A stretch of DNA of 64,000 nt, from assembly GCF_006345805.1 (NCBI RefSeq), contig NC_042999.1:55118001-55182000 (forward strand), given 5' to 3'. Shown piece by piece: positions 28,631-42,630 of this stretch. Position 1 is the stretch's first letter, and each line of letters opens with the position of its first letter. The position numbers and the translations under genes were made by a program. Origin of the DNA: Octopus sinensis (taxonomy: Eukaryota). The notes under the pieces are model-generated. The model searched no databases, was not told where the DNA came from, and worked only from the letters and a program-made list of their open reading frames with translations.

Positions 28631-28671
28631 TTTACAAGTACTTTCATGTTTTATAACACTCTTCAGGTAAA
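28631..28671 (-). ncRNA. Minimal type I hammerhead ribozyme motif (Penelope type)
   Basis: UUUAC-CUGAAGA-GUGUU(AUAA)AACAU-GAAA-GUAC-UU-GUAAA. All core nucleotides present, 5-bp stem I, 5-bp stem II, palindromic stem III. Confidence 0.75.
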
Positions 28672-29199
28672 TGTTTCTGTAATGGCATTAACAAACAGCA
28701 GCTAATGTTACACAACTGACAACTGTCAATACATACACACGTACATACATATATATATAATCAACATCGCTCACTGTCCATGCTGACATTGCTTCAACAT
28801 ATGCAAACACACACATATATTTATCTATACATATATTTGTCTATGTATGTGTCCACATGCTAGCCAATCACGACGTATTGCTTACCCTTTCATCAAGGAT
28901 CTCTCTGATGTGCAGTAGAGTCTGCCTTACTCAAGAAACTTAATGAAAAGGCCTACTGACACAATATGGCTAACTTCTATTTTATCGGCCCAGCCATACT
29001 GACTCCATGCTTATTTGGTTCCCCTGAGATAGTTAAGAACTCTACACATCTGCTGTAGAAAGAGAGAGGGAGAGAGTGAGTGAGAGAGAGAGAGAGAGAG
29101 AGGAATTGAAAGATGTTTTAACTTTACCAGAAATGCTGCACAAGCAAATCAAAATGCTTTATCTTTGTTTGTGCAACAGCTGTAATAAAATGTACAAAT

Positions 29200-30350
<1,151 letters not shown>

Positions 30351-31490
30351 AATATAATATGTAAATATATTACCATCATCATCATCATCAATTTAAATCA
30401 CTCTCCTTGTGGGATAGATCCGCTCACCTTGATGGATCAAGAAGACCTCGTCTCTCTCACATCAATGCTGGATGCCCTTGTACACCACTTCAGTCAGTGC
30501 TTTAGTACTTTCTCAAGGGTGACTCTTACAAAAAAACTTATTACTTGTACACATTCTCTTTATGAGCCTTTGAATTCTCTCTGTCCCACGCAACTCTCTT
30601 TCTCTGGTTACTGTTAATAGATATGTTCCCTTACTGCACTTTTATCTGTATCCTGCTCTGTTCTATAAGAAATGACCCTATTTTCTGCAATATGAAACAG
30701 CCTTTTTGTAATAAATATGTATTATTGTTGGTAATATATAGGCAGTGATCTGACAGCGTCCTTAGTTGTTTGGACAAAATGCTTAGAAGAAGCTGAGTTA
30801 AAAACCTGCCAATGTCTACTTTGCCCGTCATCCTTTTAGGGTCCCTTTCCCTCAAAATTGCTAGCTTTCAACCCTGCAAAAGACCCCTATCCCATTCAGA
30901 GGGAATGTTGCGATCTCTGTAACTTACACGCCATGAAAACCGGGTAGCTGGCCCCATGAATCATAGGGTTGAAGAAATACAAAAAAAAAAAAAAAAAAAA
31001 AGAAAAGGAAAAACTAAAACAACAAATCATTAACTATACATTCAGATTCAGGACAGTTATGTGTATATATAAAGTGAAGCAATATTGTGAACTTTGCCTA
31101 CACCAGCATATGGCTGGTACATACTGGTCGTATGAAATGAAAAATATAATTCAGAATGCCAAGAGACAGTAATTTCTACAAGTCAGGTTGAATTTTCTGT
31201 GGTCATGAGCCAATGCAAAGATGTAACCTTTGGAGAAAGGGTACTGCCAGTGTAGTGTTGCTTGTAGTAGCTATGTTTGTTTCCATGGTTTTAGGGAGAT
31301 ATATGTAAATACACTTGTAACAGGACATACACATCAATAATACATATATATATATATAGATCTCATCTGCATCCTCTGGGTTCCAGCTCAAAGATCTGTA
31401 CATATACATATGTATATATATATACATATATACACACACATATGCACACCCATACATACACAAAATAAATTTATGTGTGTGTGTGTGTGT

Positions 31491-32175
31491 AGAATAAAGC
31501 ATATTTCTTGTGTACAATTAATTTTATTTCTAGCTATCTAAATATCTACAACTATACAAAACTGTATTCATATAAATCTGTACAATATACATACACACAC
31601 ATATATATACAAGCATATGTGAGCATAAATGTGTATGTGTATATGTGTGTACAAGCTTTTATTTTTACATTTACATACACTTTCATAAATATATTAATAT
31701 ATATGCATGTATGTACATACACACAAATATATATATATATATATATATATCTATATATGTACAAATAAATACACATATATATTTATATGTATATACATAT
31801 AAACGTGCACACATGTATACATGTATATGTGTGTGTGTGGTGTGTGTAGAATAAAGCATATTTCTTGTGTACAATTAATTTTATTTCTAGCTATCTAATA
31901 TCTACAACTATACAAAACTGTATTCATATAAATCTGTACAATATACATACACACACATATATATACAAGCATATGTGAGCATAAATGTGTATGTGTATAT
32001 GTGTGTACAAGCTTTTATTTTTACATTTACATACACTTTCATAAATATATTAATATATATGCATGTATGTACATACACACAAATATATATATATACATAT
32101 ATATCTATATATGTACAAATAAATACACATATATATTTATATGTATATACATATAAACGTGCACACATGTATACA

Positions 32176-32204
<29 letters not shown>
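31491..32204. repeat. Direct tandem duplication, 2 copies of about 357 bp
   Basis: agaataaagcatatttcttgtgtacaatt starts at 31491 and again at 31848. The copies are nearly identical and bounded by (TG)n. Confidence 0.95.
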
Positions 32205-32215
<11 letters not shown>

Positions 32216-32320
32216 TGCTGTTTATAAAACTGTTTTAAGATATTTCATGCAATGTATTTTTTTTTCTATTTTCCATTGAAAGCGCATTGAGAAATTATGG
32301 TTTATCAAAGAACTACAAAG

Positions 32321-32326
32321 TTTATT
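32321..32326 (-). promoter_or_regulatory. Candidate polyadenylation signal AATAAA of the CYP gene
   Basis: tttatt on + strand, about 80 nt downstream of the stop codon. Position only, no transcript evidence. Confidence 0.45.
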
Positions 32327-32404
32327 TTTGAAATATCAGTTTTTCCCTTGTCTTCCTTTAATTTCTGTTTTTTTTTTTTTTCCTTCCAGGAAACTATTCC
32401 GATT

Positions 32405-32515
32405 TTACCGTTCAATGAATTGTATTGGAAAGTTTTTCCCAACAGTGAGAACAGTTCTTAGAAATGGTTCCACTTCAAAGCCATCTTCCACTTTAAGCCG
32501 GAAATTTTGACACAA
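32405..32515 (-). CDS. Mito-clan CYP terminal coding exon
   Basis: tttccag acceptor, phase 0. Translates LCQNFRLKVEDGFEVEPFLRTVLTVGKNFPIQFIER then TAA, a typical CYP C-terminus (xFxxR-stop). Confidence 0.92.
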   Translation of the reverse strand: MCQNFRLKVEDGFEVEPFLRTVLTVGKNFPIQFIER

Positions 32516-33059
32516 CTGGAAAGATATGAAGAAAACACAATAATAGATTCTATATGGCATAAAAATTGGTTTTTTAATCCTTTAGCATTCAGATTACTTT
32601 ATCAAAAGTAATGCTTATTTATTTACATTGTTCTGAATTAATCCTGGATTATCTCAAAAGTTCAAGATATTTGATGACATGCTGGTTTATTTTAAGAATG
32701 ACATTTTTAGATAGGTGTAAGACGCTAGATCTGGCCAGTTGAAACATAAAGCAGGTAGAATAGTCAGGCTTGATATGACTGGCTTGAATGCTAAAGGGTT
32801 ATGCATTTTAATAAAGGGGATTAAATCATATAACATTCCTTGACTAGAGCTAAGTCCCTCTTGGAATAATTTTGAATTCAGATAAGGTGCAAATATGGCT
32901 GTGGTTAAGAATTTCATATTGCATCCATGTGCGTCCAGGCGTATTGTGTAGTAATTTGGGCAACTATAGTTCCAGACAGAGACAAAAAACTGGTGGTACC
33001 CACCCAGTCAAACCCACACGTGCATACATGCACGTATGGGTGTGTTTATATTGAGGTGC

Positions 33060-33335
33060 AGCGTGACTGGCTCCCTTGCCGGTGGCACGTAAACAGCACC
33101 ATTCAAGCGTGGTCGTTGCCAGTGCGCCTGACTGCCTCCCGTGCCGGTGGCACGTAAAAAGCACCCACTACACTCTCGGAGTGGTTGGCGTTAGGAAGGG
33201 CATCCAGCTGTAGAAACATTGCCAGATCAGATTGGAGCCTGGTGCAGCCTCCTGGCTCGCCAGTCCTCAGTTAAACCATCCAACCCATGCCAGCATGGAA
33301 AGTGGAGGTTAAACGTCGACGACGACGACGATGAC
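33060..33335 (+). mobile_element. SINE family C with RTE-like 3' end and (GAT/GAC)n tail; other copies at about 27630-27830 (-), 38383-38612 (+), 48746-48996 (+), 50995-51200 (-) and 61370-61545 (-)
   Basis: Recurrent ggcacgtaaaaagcacc...gttggcgttaggaagggcatccagctgtagaaac...aacccatgccagcatggaaag..gacgttaaacgatgatg. Confidence 0.85.
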
Positions 33336-33696
33336 GAAGACAAGCATCGCCGTCGCACAAAAGGTATTCTTCACTCCCAATCTCCCTTTGAAGCATGTCT
33401 GGCTTTGGAGAAATAATACCTTGCATGGAAACAGGTGAAGGTCAGTGACGGGAATGGCATCCGGTTTCCACGAATCTTGTAATGCAAGAAGGGAATATAG
33501 CGTTAAATGATGACGACGATGATGAGAGTAAAGAGATGTCACTAAATCCATCAAGGCATCTTAAGCATCATTCAGTTGGTCCTGCTAATTTAGTAGACGA
33601 GCAGAGATTTTGGCATGCAGTTTCTTTTATAAGTCCAAGGATTAACGAAAGCAAGTTTAAAGTAAAAGAGAAACAATGAATGATCTGTAGACTTAC

Positions 33697-33740
33697 ATGT
33701 GTTATTGCAAGGTAAAGCTCAAGTTCAGCAATTCGTCGAC
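33697..33740 (-). CDS. Mito-clan CYP 44-nt mini-exon (phase 1 to 0)
   Basis: atttcag / GTAAGT. Translates (G)RRIAELELYLAITH and completes the mito-clan CIGRRIAE signature. Confidence 0.93.
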
Positions 33741-34471
33741 CTGAAATCAAAGAGAAACCATGTTTGATATGTATATATTCATACATAAATACACACAGAC
33801 ACATGAAAATAACTTTTCCCCAATTCGTCCCTCGTCTCAGATGTTGAATCTCACAGAGATGGCAAAGGACCAAGGTGATTGGTGATTCACTGTACATGGG
33901 AAGACCAGTCCAGCTAAGTAAAATCGAGGCCACGAATGCTTGTCTTTTAGGTCCATGCCTCTGCCCACCATCTGTCCTTGAAAAAACCCTCCCCCGTAAC
34001 CCATCCTCCTCCCCTTCCACCACCCGACTTCATCACATACTCTATTTCTCTCCTTTTGCTCTCTCACAAACCCACCTTCACAATCTGTCCCTTTCGAATC
34101 TCTTCCCCACAACATATGCCCCTAACAACCCCTCCTTCTACCTGTGTTCACACACACAATTCCTTACTCTCCAATCCATCATCATATATACATAAATACG
34201 CACACACACACGTATACACACATTAAACAGAAGTTTTAATCAAACTTTATTGCAAATTTTATTCCCTTGTTATTTATTTACGCCCCATTCTGGGGTAACC
34301 CGCGCCCCGCCGTGAGAAGCATTGGACTAAAACCTCTCTAAGATGTCGTCCCAGCATGCCATAGTCCAATGACTGAAACAAGTACAACACAAATAGAAAA
34401 CAAACGAACGTAAAAGCTACAGAAATTCATTCTCTGTGACGCATTTAAGCACATTAAGTTTTGATACTCAC

Positions 34472-34628
34472 CGATGCAACTCCGGGAGCCGTGTCCAAAC
34501 GGAATTACTGCAAAAGGATGGAATTTGCGGGTGTCACTGCGAAACCATCTCTCAGGGATGAATTCATTAGCATTGGGGAAATTCCTTTCATCACGTGACA
34601 TTGCGTAATTGTTGATCATGAGACAGGT
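34472..34628 (-). CDS. Mito-clan CYP exon with PERF and heme-ligand Cys (157 nt, phase 0 to 1)
   Basis: caaacag / GTGAGT. Translates TCLMINNYAMSRDERNFPNANEFIPERWFRSDTRKFHPFAVIPFGHGSRSCI(G), with FxPERW and FxxGxRxCxG. Confidence 0.97.
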
Positions 34629-34749
34629 CTGTTTGAAAGAAATGAAAGATGATTCGATAAATGTCTGTCTATACACATAAATAGATAGAGATATAGATAC
34701 GTACGTACGTACCTACCTACCAAAATACATGCATCACATCACACTTTGA

Positions 34750-35480
34750 AGGCTGTGCGTTTGCAATCTAGGAACAGGAAATTATCATAAAGCACCTGGT
34801 GAACAAGAGATACAGTGACGCTCTTGTAATCTCAAGGTGCAACCCGCATGTGTAGGCTATGTCATGTTTCTGTAGAAGATATCACACATACGATTAGCAG
34901 CTGTCCTAAAATGTCGTCACGGTACTACTTCCCGATGCGGAACGATGTTGTTGCTAAAACAATTTACAATGCCATCCGCAAAAGAAGACGGTCCTCCTCT
35001 GTTATGGAATATTCCCATCAAAACCTCTGTCAAATGTAAACACAACAGGCCAGATATTGTTGTGTGGGACAGAGGGTCAAAGGTATGTACCATCATAGAA
35101 GTCAGCTGCCTTGCAGATATAAATATCTCTTTGAAAATAAAATAAAAGGAGAATATCCATGGACAACTGCTTCGAAACTTCCAGCTTCTATACCAGACTA
35201 TGAATTCATATTCATATCAATAATAATTGGAGCACTAGGTTTTGTTAGAAAAAAGCTTAAAGGAGAACCTGGATAAACTGGGATTTTCAGAAAGAGAAAT
35301 TGACCGGCTGATTCGTACATTACACGTGCAATCTGTGAGTGGAACAATAAAAATATGCAAAACTTTTCCAAAGTTCCAAATGTGAATTTGCCTGTATTAA
35401 CTGCATCCCAAAGATGGATCCTTGTATCTTTCTTTGTTGGAAACCAGCTCCCCACTCAGTGGATGATTTATAATAGTTAA
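34750..35480 (+). mobile_element. R4/Dong-like non-LTR retrotransposon 3' part (CCHC knuckle plus restriction-like endonuclease), frameshifted
   Basis: CRLC...EDITHTISSC, RNDVVAK, HNRPDIVVWD...IIEVSC, IIIGALG. Further 3' fragments of the same family at about 11115-11255 (+), 20280-20497 (-) and 55405-55595 (+). Confidence 0.85.
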
Positions 35481-36683
35481 AAAATAGAAGAAACAAACAT
35501 AAATGATGGCTGCAATTCCATTTCAAGAAATGCCTTCGTTTGGTTGTTCTTTTAGAGCAACTCAGATATGGCTTTTCAGTTCTGTAAGAGGCCTACACTC
35601 TTTTTGCACAAATGTGACGACGATGGGTGTCTTTTGAAGCTGGTGTTTAAGAGAGTTTACCGCCCACGCTGATACCTACGCTCATTCCACCATGGAATAT
35701 TTCATTGAGCGTTTTATTTCTCTACAACCAGTCATTGTTTGCAACAGACGCCTGTGCATGAAGCTTTTTAAAGTGAAGAAAGGCCTCTGTACAGGGCCAA
35801 TCCCACTCACTAAACAACGAATACATTTGCCCAAAAGGAAGAACTAACCTGTATCAATGAGTGCAAACGAAGTAGCAGGCGTTACAAAGTTTTCCTTCTA
35901 CAAGAGGGAAGAACGTCTAAACGAAAAATGTTAGGTGACCGTTGACACTACTGAGTTCATTGGCCCATCGATAGGTTTTGCTTTTTGCCCTGCACGATGT
36001 CCAACAACTTTGGTTGCAGGTTTAGTCGCCAACGGCCCGACCATGAGACAGGCTGTACTGGGCTACATGTTAACTATAGCACTAACAATGACCTGACATA
36101 CATTTGTGGATTAAAGTAACATTAGCGAAAGTTTATTCATACATTTACAAACACATTTGCACGCAATCTATCCAATTGTCGCTTGCACAAAACCCAAGAG
36201 CTGTCACTTTGTTAGTGTCTGGTTTGAAATCGGCAAAGGAAAACATTAAATATATCCTAAATCGTTATCACACACGCGCGCGCCTATGTATTTAAATGGA
36301 ACATATATTTACTTATCTAAATGTACAACGAAATCCTGAGATTGGTTTCTCGTTTGAAGGGAAACTAATAGAAACATACCTATGTGCAGAGCATGATTGA
36401 TGTATATGTGTGTGTGTGTGTGTGTAGCTTAACTCCCGCTTGTTTCAGTCATTAGTCTGCGGCCATGCTGGGGCATCGCCTTGAAGAACTTTTAGTCGAA
36501 TAAATCGATCTTAGTACATTTTTTAAAGCCTGGTACTTATTCTATCGGTCTTTTATGCCGAACCTCTAAGTTACGGGGGCGTAAACGAATCAACATCAAT
36601 TGCCAAGTTGTGATATCGGGCTTCTTTCAGTTTCCGTCTGCCGAATTCACTCACAAGGCTTTGATTTGCCTAGGGCTGTAGTA

Positions 36684-37932
36684 TCAAGTCATCCCATAAG
36701 TTCTGTCTGATTTTACATTTTTTAAAATTGAATGAAACTTAATAGTATTTTAGAATGTCTAATGGAATTTAAAATTATTTTTGTGCATTTGTGTACATTT
36801 AAACTAATTAAATATTATTTTACAGAATGATAGAATTAAAATTTCTTTGGACATGGAAGTATCCAAAGAGCAAGCGCAAAAAAGGAAACTCTGCAGCCGA
36901 AGCAACTCGAAACATAGACTCAATTTATGGAAAAGAATGCTTGAACGAAAGAATTTGCAGAAGATGGTTTGCAAAATTCAGAAGTGGAGATTTCAGCCTT
37001 GAAGATGAAGATCGAACAGAACGTCCAGTTGAGTTTGATGATAAGCTCCTTGAGGCATTACTTGAAGAAAATCCTGCATTATCAGTTGAAGAATTGACAG
37101 TAAATCTTAGTACAAACCATACAACTGTTCATCGTCATCTTCAACAACTTGGAAAGTTTCCTAAAGTTAGAAAATAAATGCCTCATGAATTGTCCGAAAG
37201 CAACCGCAAATCCTGAATTGACATCTGCTCTTCTCTCCATTCTCGCGAACTCATTTCACCCGTTTTGGTTAGACTTGTGACTGATGATGAAAAATGGATC
37301 TTCTATTGAAATGTTAAACGTCGTAAACAGTCGCTTGGTAAAAGGGAAAAGGCTCAACCACAACCGAGAAGGGAACTTAATGGGAAAAAGGTTCTTCTCT
37401 CTATCTGGTGGGATTGGAAAGGAGTAATTCACTTTGAGTTGCTACCACATAATGCAACAATCAATGCTCAAGTCTACTGTCAGTAATTAGAGCGTTTGAA
37501 CCAAGCTTTGAAGAAAAAAACCCCGCTTAAATGAATCGAAGTAGAGTGATGTTTAATCAGGACAATGTGCGACCCGACACTGCAAAGACCACATCACAGA
37601 AGAACAAAGAGCTTGGTTGGGAAAAAATTCCTCATCCACCTTATTCTCTCGACCTTGCTCCTTCAGACTGCCATTTGTTTCGTAGTTTACAGAATCATCT
37701 GGGGGACATAACTTTCGCAAGTCAGGAGGAGGTCGAAACTGACATTTCAGAGTTCTTCGCTTTGAAACCAAAAGAGTTTTATATTGATGGGATTAAAAAG
37801 CTTGTAAATAGATGGAAGGAAGTCATAGATAATCAGGGAAAGTACATTGATGATTAAATTTCAATTAAATATAATATTTGATCACTTGTTTTCCTTATTC
37901 AAAATCCGGACAGAACTTATGGGATAACCTGA
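36684..37932 (+). mobile_element. Full-length defective mariner (DD34D) transposon nested in a SINE, inside a CYP intron
   Basis: About 30-bp imperfect TIRs (TCAAGTCATCCCATAAGTTCTGTCTGATTTT / AAAATCCGGACAGAACTTATGGGATAACCTGA) with TA duplications at 36682-83 and 37933-34. Transposase remnants: WFAKFRSGDFSLED, MPHEL, VTDDEKW, QDNVRP, HPPYSLDLAPSDCHLF. Interrupted by stops and frameshifts. Confidence 0.95.
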
Positions 37933-38691
37933 TAGAAGCACTTGTCCAAGGTGACATGCAGTGTGATTGGACCCGGAACCGTGTGGTTGGTAAGCACACT
38001 TCTTATCACACAGCCACAAGCGTAGAAATTGTTACATATGCGTGTAGAATATGCTTATATGCATTGATCTTGGAACAACGGTGTGAATTAAACATTGGTG
38101 GTGTATTTCTGTTGTTCATTTTCAATTACGAGTACACCATACTCGACAATATTCCGTGCACTGACAACGCGTGCGTAGATTCGGGACTACAGAAAATATT
38201 CCCACAAGATGCCATGCAGTAAGACCGAACCTAGGTCCACGTGGATGCGAAGAGAGTTTCTTTACTGCTCGGTCATACTGCACCAATACACAAACACGCA
38301 GCGTTACACTTTTCCCCTTAATCAATGATTGGCGATATAGATTGATTGGTAATCTGTGTGTAGAGTATATAATACATCTCTTGTGCCGGTGGCACGTAAA
38401 ACGCACCATTCAAGCGTGGTCGATTCCAGTTCCGCCTGACTGGTTCCCTCATTACAGTCTTGGAGTGATTGGTGTTAGGAAGGAGATCCAGTTGTAGAAA
38501 CATTGGCAGATCAGATTGGAGCTCGGTGTAGCCTTCTGGCTTACCAGCCCCCAGTCAAACCATTCAACCCATGCCAGCATGGAAAGTGGATGTTAAACGA
38601 TAATGGTGATGATAATATATATATATACAGGCATGTTTCTTTTTATGTTCAATTATAATAAAATAATTTTATATTAATCTGATGGGTTAAT

Positions 38692-39092
38692 AGGCGCAGG
38701 AGTGGCTGTGTGGTAAGTAACTTGCTAACCAACCACATGGTTCCGGGTTCAGTCCCACTGCGTGGCATCTTGGGCAAGTGTCTTCTGCTATAGCCACGGG
38801 CCGACCAATGCCTTGTGAGTGGATTTGGTAGACGGAAACTGAAAGAAGCCCGTCGTATATATGTATATATATATATGTATGTGTATGTTTGTGTGTTTGT
38901 GTTTGTTCCCCTAGCATTGCTTGACAACCGATGCTGGTGTGTTTACGTCCCCGTCACTTAGCGGTTCGGCAAAAGAGACTGATAGAATAAGTACTGGGCT
39001 TACAAAGAATAAGTCCCGGGGTCGATTTGCTCGACTAAAGGCGGTGCTCCAGCATGGCCGCAGTCAAATGACTGAAATAAATAAAAGAGAGT
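38692..39092 (+). mobile_element. SINE family A, full-length young copy
   Basis: Near-identical to 14983-15404 and to the reverse complement of 42631-43017. Confidence 0.92.
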
Positions 39093-39657
39093 ACTCTATA
39101 CATTTGTAGAGTATAAATTTATTATTCTTAAACAAGAATATTATTGACAGTGACTTCGAAGTTTCAAACAATATGCGCGTGTGTTTGTTTACTGAATTTC
39201 TGTCAGAAGACTCAGGTCGACTGGAGGCTTTGGTAGGAATATCCCTTGGCCAAGGTTACACGCCGTGAGATCGAACCAGGGATCACGTAGTTACCAAGCA
39301 AACTTCTTAACTACACAGCCATGCCTGCCTGAGTTCCTCTCATCATAGTAGATAAACGTAGTAGAAAATATTGCCAAACTGTCGTTCTTTGAAGAATCGT
39401 GAAAGAAGTAGCGAATAAATAAATAAACAAAGTCTCGAAACAGTAGGGAGAAAGAAAAAGAAAATAAATTCTAATGGCTGAAAGAAGATAAGGCTGAAGT
39501 GAAGGATAAAAGAGGAGATAAAGACGAAGTCGAATAAAGACACGTAAAAAAAGAAAAAGAAAAAAGGGAAAGAGGCTGACCTAGTTTTTTTATGTTGCAA
39601 GATTGTTCTTCATACGATGTATTTAGTGTGTGTGTGTGTGTGTGTGTGTTAACTTAC

Positions 39658-39736
39658 CCCCTTTGGTATGTGGTAGCCATCTAATACAATATCTTCTGTG
39701 GTAATTCTGGCTCCGATCGGGATAACTGGATAAAGT
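39658..39736 (-). CDS. Mito-clan CYP 79-nt exon (phase 2 to 0)
   Basis: gttgcag / GTAAGT. Translates (R)LYPVIPIGARITTEDIVLDGYHIPKG. Confidence 0.95.
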
Positions 39737-41028
39737 CTGCAACAACGACAACACAAATATCATTGAACAGGTTTAAGTAAATGGCAACAACAACAACAAC
39801 AACAACAGCAAAAATGGGTTTAAGTTTTGGCACATGGCCAGAAATTTTAGGGGAAGTGTAGAGTCAATTTCCTCGACCCCAGTGTTTCACTGGTACGTAA
39901 TTTATCGACCTCGAAAGGATGAAACGCAAAGTCGAACCCGGCGGAATTTGATCTCACAACGCAAGGAACGTTAAGCATTTTCACCGACAATAAAGATTCT
40001 GTCAACTCGCCACCCTAACAACAACAACGCCAGTAGTTTTGAGGGGATGGGGTTTATCGACCCCGGAGGGATGGAGGATAAAGCTGATATCCGCTGGATT
40101 TGATCTCAGGACGTAAAGAGTCAATAACAACAGCAACAACATCAACAATAGTTTCAAATTTTGCACAAGGTGCAGGAGTGGCTGTGTGGTAAGTAGTTTG
40201 CTCACCAGCCACATAGTTCCGGGTTCAGTCCCACTGCGTGGCACCTTGGGCAATTGTCTTCTACTATAGCCTCGGGCCGACCAGAGCCTTGTTTGTCCCC
40301 CCACCAACATCGCTTGACAACCGATGCTGATGCGTTTGCGTCCCCGTAACTTACCGATTCGACAAAAAAGACTGATAGAATAAGTCCCGGGGTCGATTTT
40401 CTCGACTAAAGGCGGTGCTCCAGCATGTGTGCAGTCAAATGACTGAAACAAGTAAAAGAATAAAAGAAAAAAAGGGCCAGTAATATCAGGGGTGGAGTGG
40501 GGGTGGGGGTAAGTTGAATACGTCGATGCTTGTGTTGAAATGAAGGTGCGTTTTCACAGCGGATGGCTTTCCTGACCTGCAGGACCTAGCTCATCTGGTC
40601 AGATGTTTCTTGAGACGGCGATCAGGCGATAAGCACACACCACTGAAGCTACTGTATTAGCAACTTCTGACCGACTTTTGTTGCTGAACGGTTCCGAGAG
40701 GTGACCGCTTAATTTGACCACCAAACTGATGCCGCTATACATTGTGGATATCCAGAGAGTTTAAAGATCGGACCGAACTCGGCAGCTCTTAGGACAGTCG
40801 CCAGGTAGTCATAATTTACCCCGTCGAACACTCTGAACTGATCCATTATTGGTCAGCACACTGCCAAAGCTAGATCTATTCCTGATTCGTTCAACGATGC
40901 TGCGAATGAGGAGGATGTCGTAATTAGATCGTACGAGGATAACACAGGTGTGCGTGTCCCTCATTACTCAACTGACAACAAGCATCAACAACACACTAGA
41001 AGCACGTGAGCCCAAGAACAAACTGTAG

Positions 41029-41271
41029 GTGACCAATATGATCTGTAAATTTGACCATAAAACTGAAAGTTGTAACCTTCAGAATACTAATTGCTACACT
41101 GGACAGACTGGTACGACATTTTCACGTAGACTCACCATGCACTTGCAACATTACGCCACAAATCACAATACGAATTTGATAGGAAAATGCTGGACGAGAA
41201 TGCTTATATACTTTATAAAAATCCATACAAAAATAGAAGATTATGGAAACCATATTTATATCGCAATATAA
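41029..41271 (+). mobile_element. Penelope-type GIY-YIG endonuclease fragment
   Basis: NMICKF...C...NCYTGQTGTTFSRRLTMH matches the NVIY..C..C..YIGQT..LxxRLxxH pattern. Confidence 0.6.
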
Positions 41272-42630
41272 TGTCAAAATAAAACACATGTCAAAAAGTT
41301 AACAAGTGTTAACAGGTGTGGCCGCCACTTGGTTTCGGGTTCAATCTCCACTACGTGGCAAGTGTCTTCTACTATAGCCTCGGGCCGATCAAAGCATTGT
41401 GAGTGTATTTGGTAAACGGAAACTGAAAGAAGCCCGTCGTATATGTTTGTGTGCCTGTGTTTGTCTCTCTCTCATCGCTTGAAACCGATGTTGGTGTGTT
41501 TACATCCCCGTAACTTAGCGGTTCGACAAAAGTTTCCGATAGAATAAGTACTAGGTTCACAACGAATAAGTCCTGGGGTTGATTTGTTCGACTAAAAGGC
41601 GGTGCTCCAGCACGGCCGCAGTCAGCTGACTGAAACAATATGTATGTGTATGTGTGCGAGATCGTATGTATGTTTGCGTTCATTTGCTTTTTAAGTGTAA
41701 CTTTGGTCATTGGTTTGCTCCCCCCCACCAATCAACACTACCACCACTCCGCCACCTGCCGGTCGAGGTATTTGGGAAGAAGGATGATAAAAAGTAAAAA
41801 CAAATAGAATTTAAAAAAAAAAACCCTAAAGTATTGAAATAATTAGCATTAGAATTTCATAGACTCAGTAAAAAAAAAAAATTTGAAGAGAAAAGAAAAA
41901 GTAAAGAAAAAGAGAGAGAGGGAGAAAGTAACGTTGTCTGATAGAGGCATCAAGTTCAAAGAGAAAGGATTGGAAGACTTAAGCGGTGAATCCAGTTCCA
42001 ATGAGTGATGAGTGACTGCTCCAGCTGTCTGTAGTCTCAAGATTCGGGTCAGTGCCTTTTCGTAGAACATTCACCAGTTCTCCGCCAAAATGGTATTTTA
42101 ATCATATTTCTATTCTTACAAGCTTCAGTATATAATTCACTGACAGCGCAGTAAAAGAAGTTCTAGAAGTGGGCGGTGTAGCCCTCTGGGAGGCAGAATA
42201 ATTACTTACGAAAAGGAGGTGGCGAGGGGACTGGCAGGGTGGGCTGTAGAGGTTGGTACGTCAATAAGCAAGGTTATTTTTCATGTTGTTATCGTTTTCG
42301 TTTTTTGTTTTAAGGATGTGCCTGCTACGAGAACTGTGGAATGGAGAAAGTGTTGAAAGAAGTGTTTTCTTAGACCTACCAAAACTGAGAGTGAAACACG
42401 GTGCCTCCTTTCATTTAGCATTGAAGAATTACATGTGTTGGTAGCTTAAACAGGAACCTGGACAGAATTGGTTGTTAGTGAACGGGGGGGGGGGGGGGTT
42501 AGAGGCCATGGTTGTCGTTCAGCAGCAGACTTATGTGTTAAAAAAAAATCCATGCATGACCATCCCGTGACTTATTTTCGACATAGTGTATCTAGGAATA
42601 CGTCACTCAATGTATCTTGAACCCTTTTGT

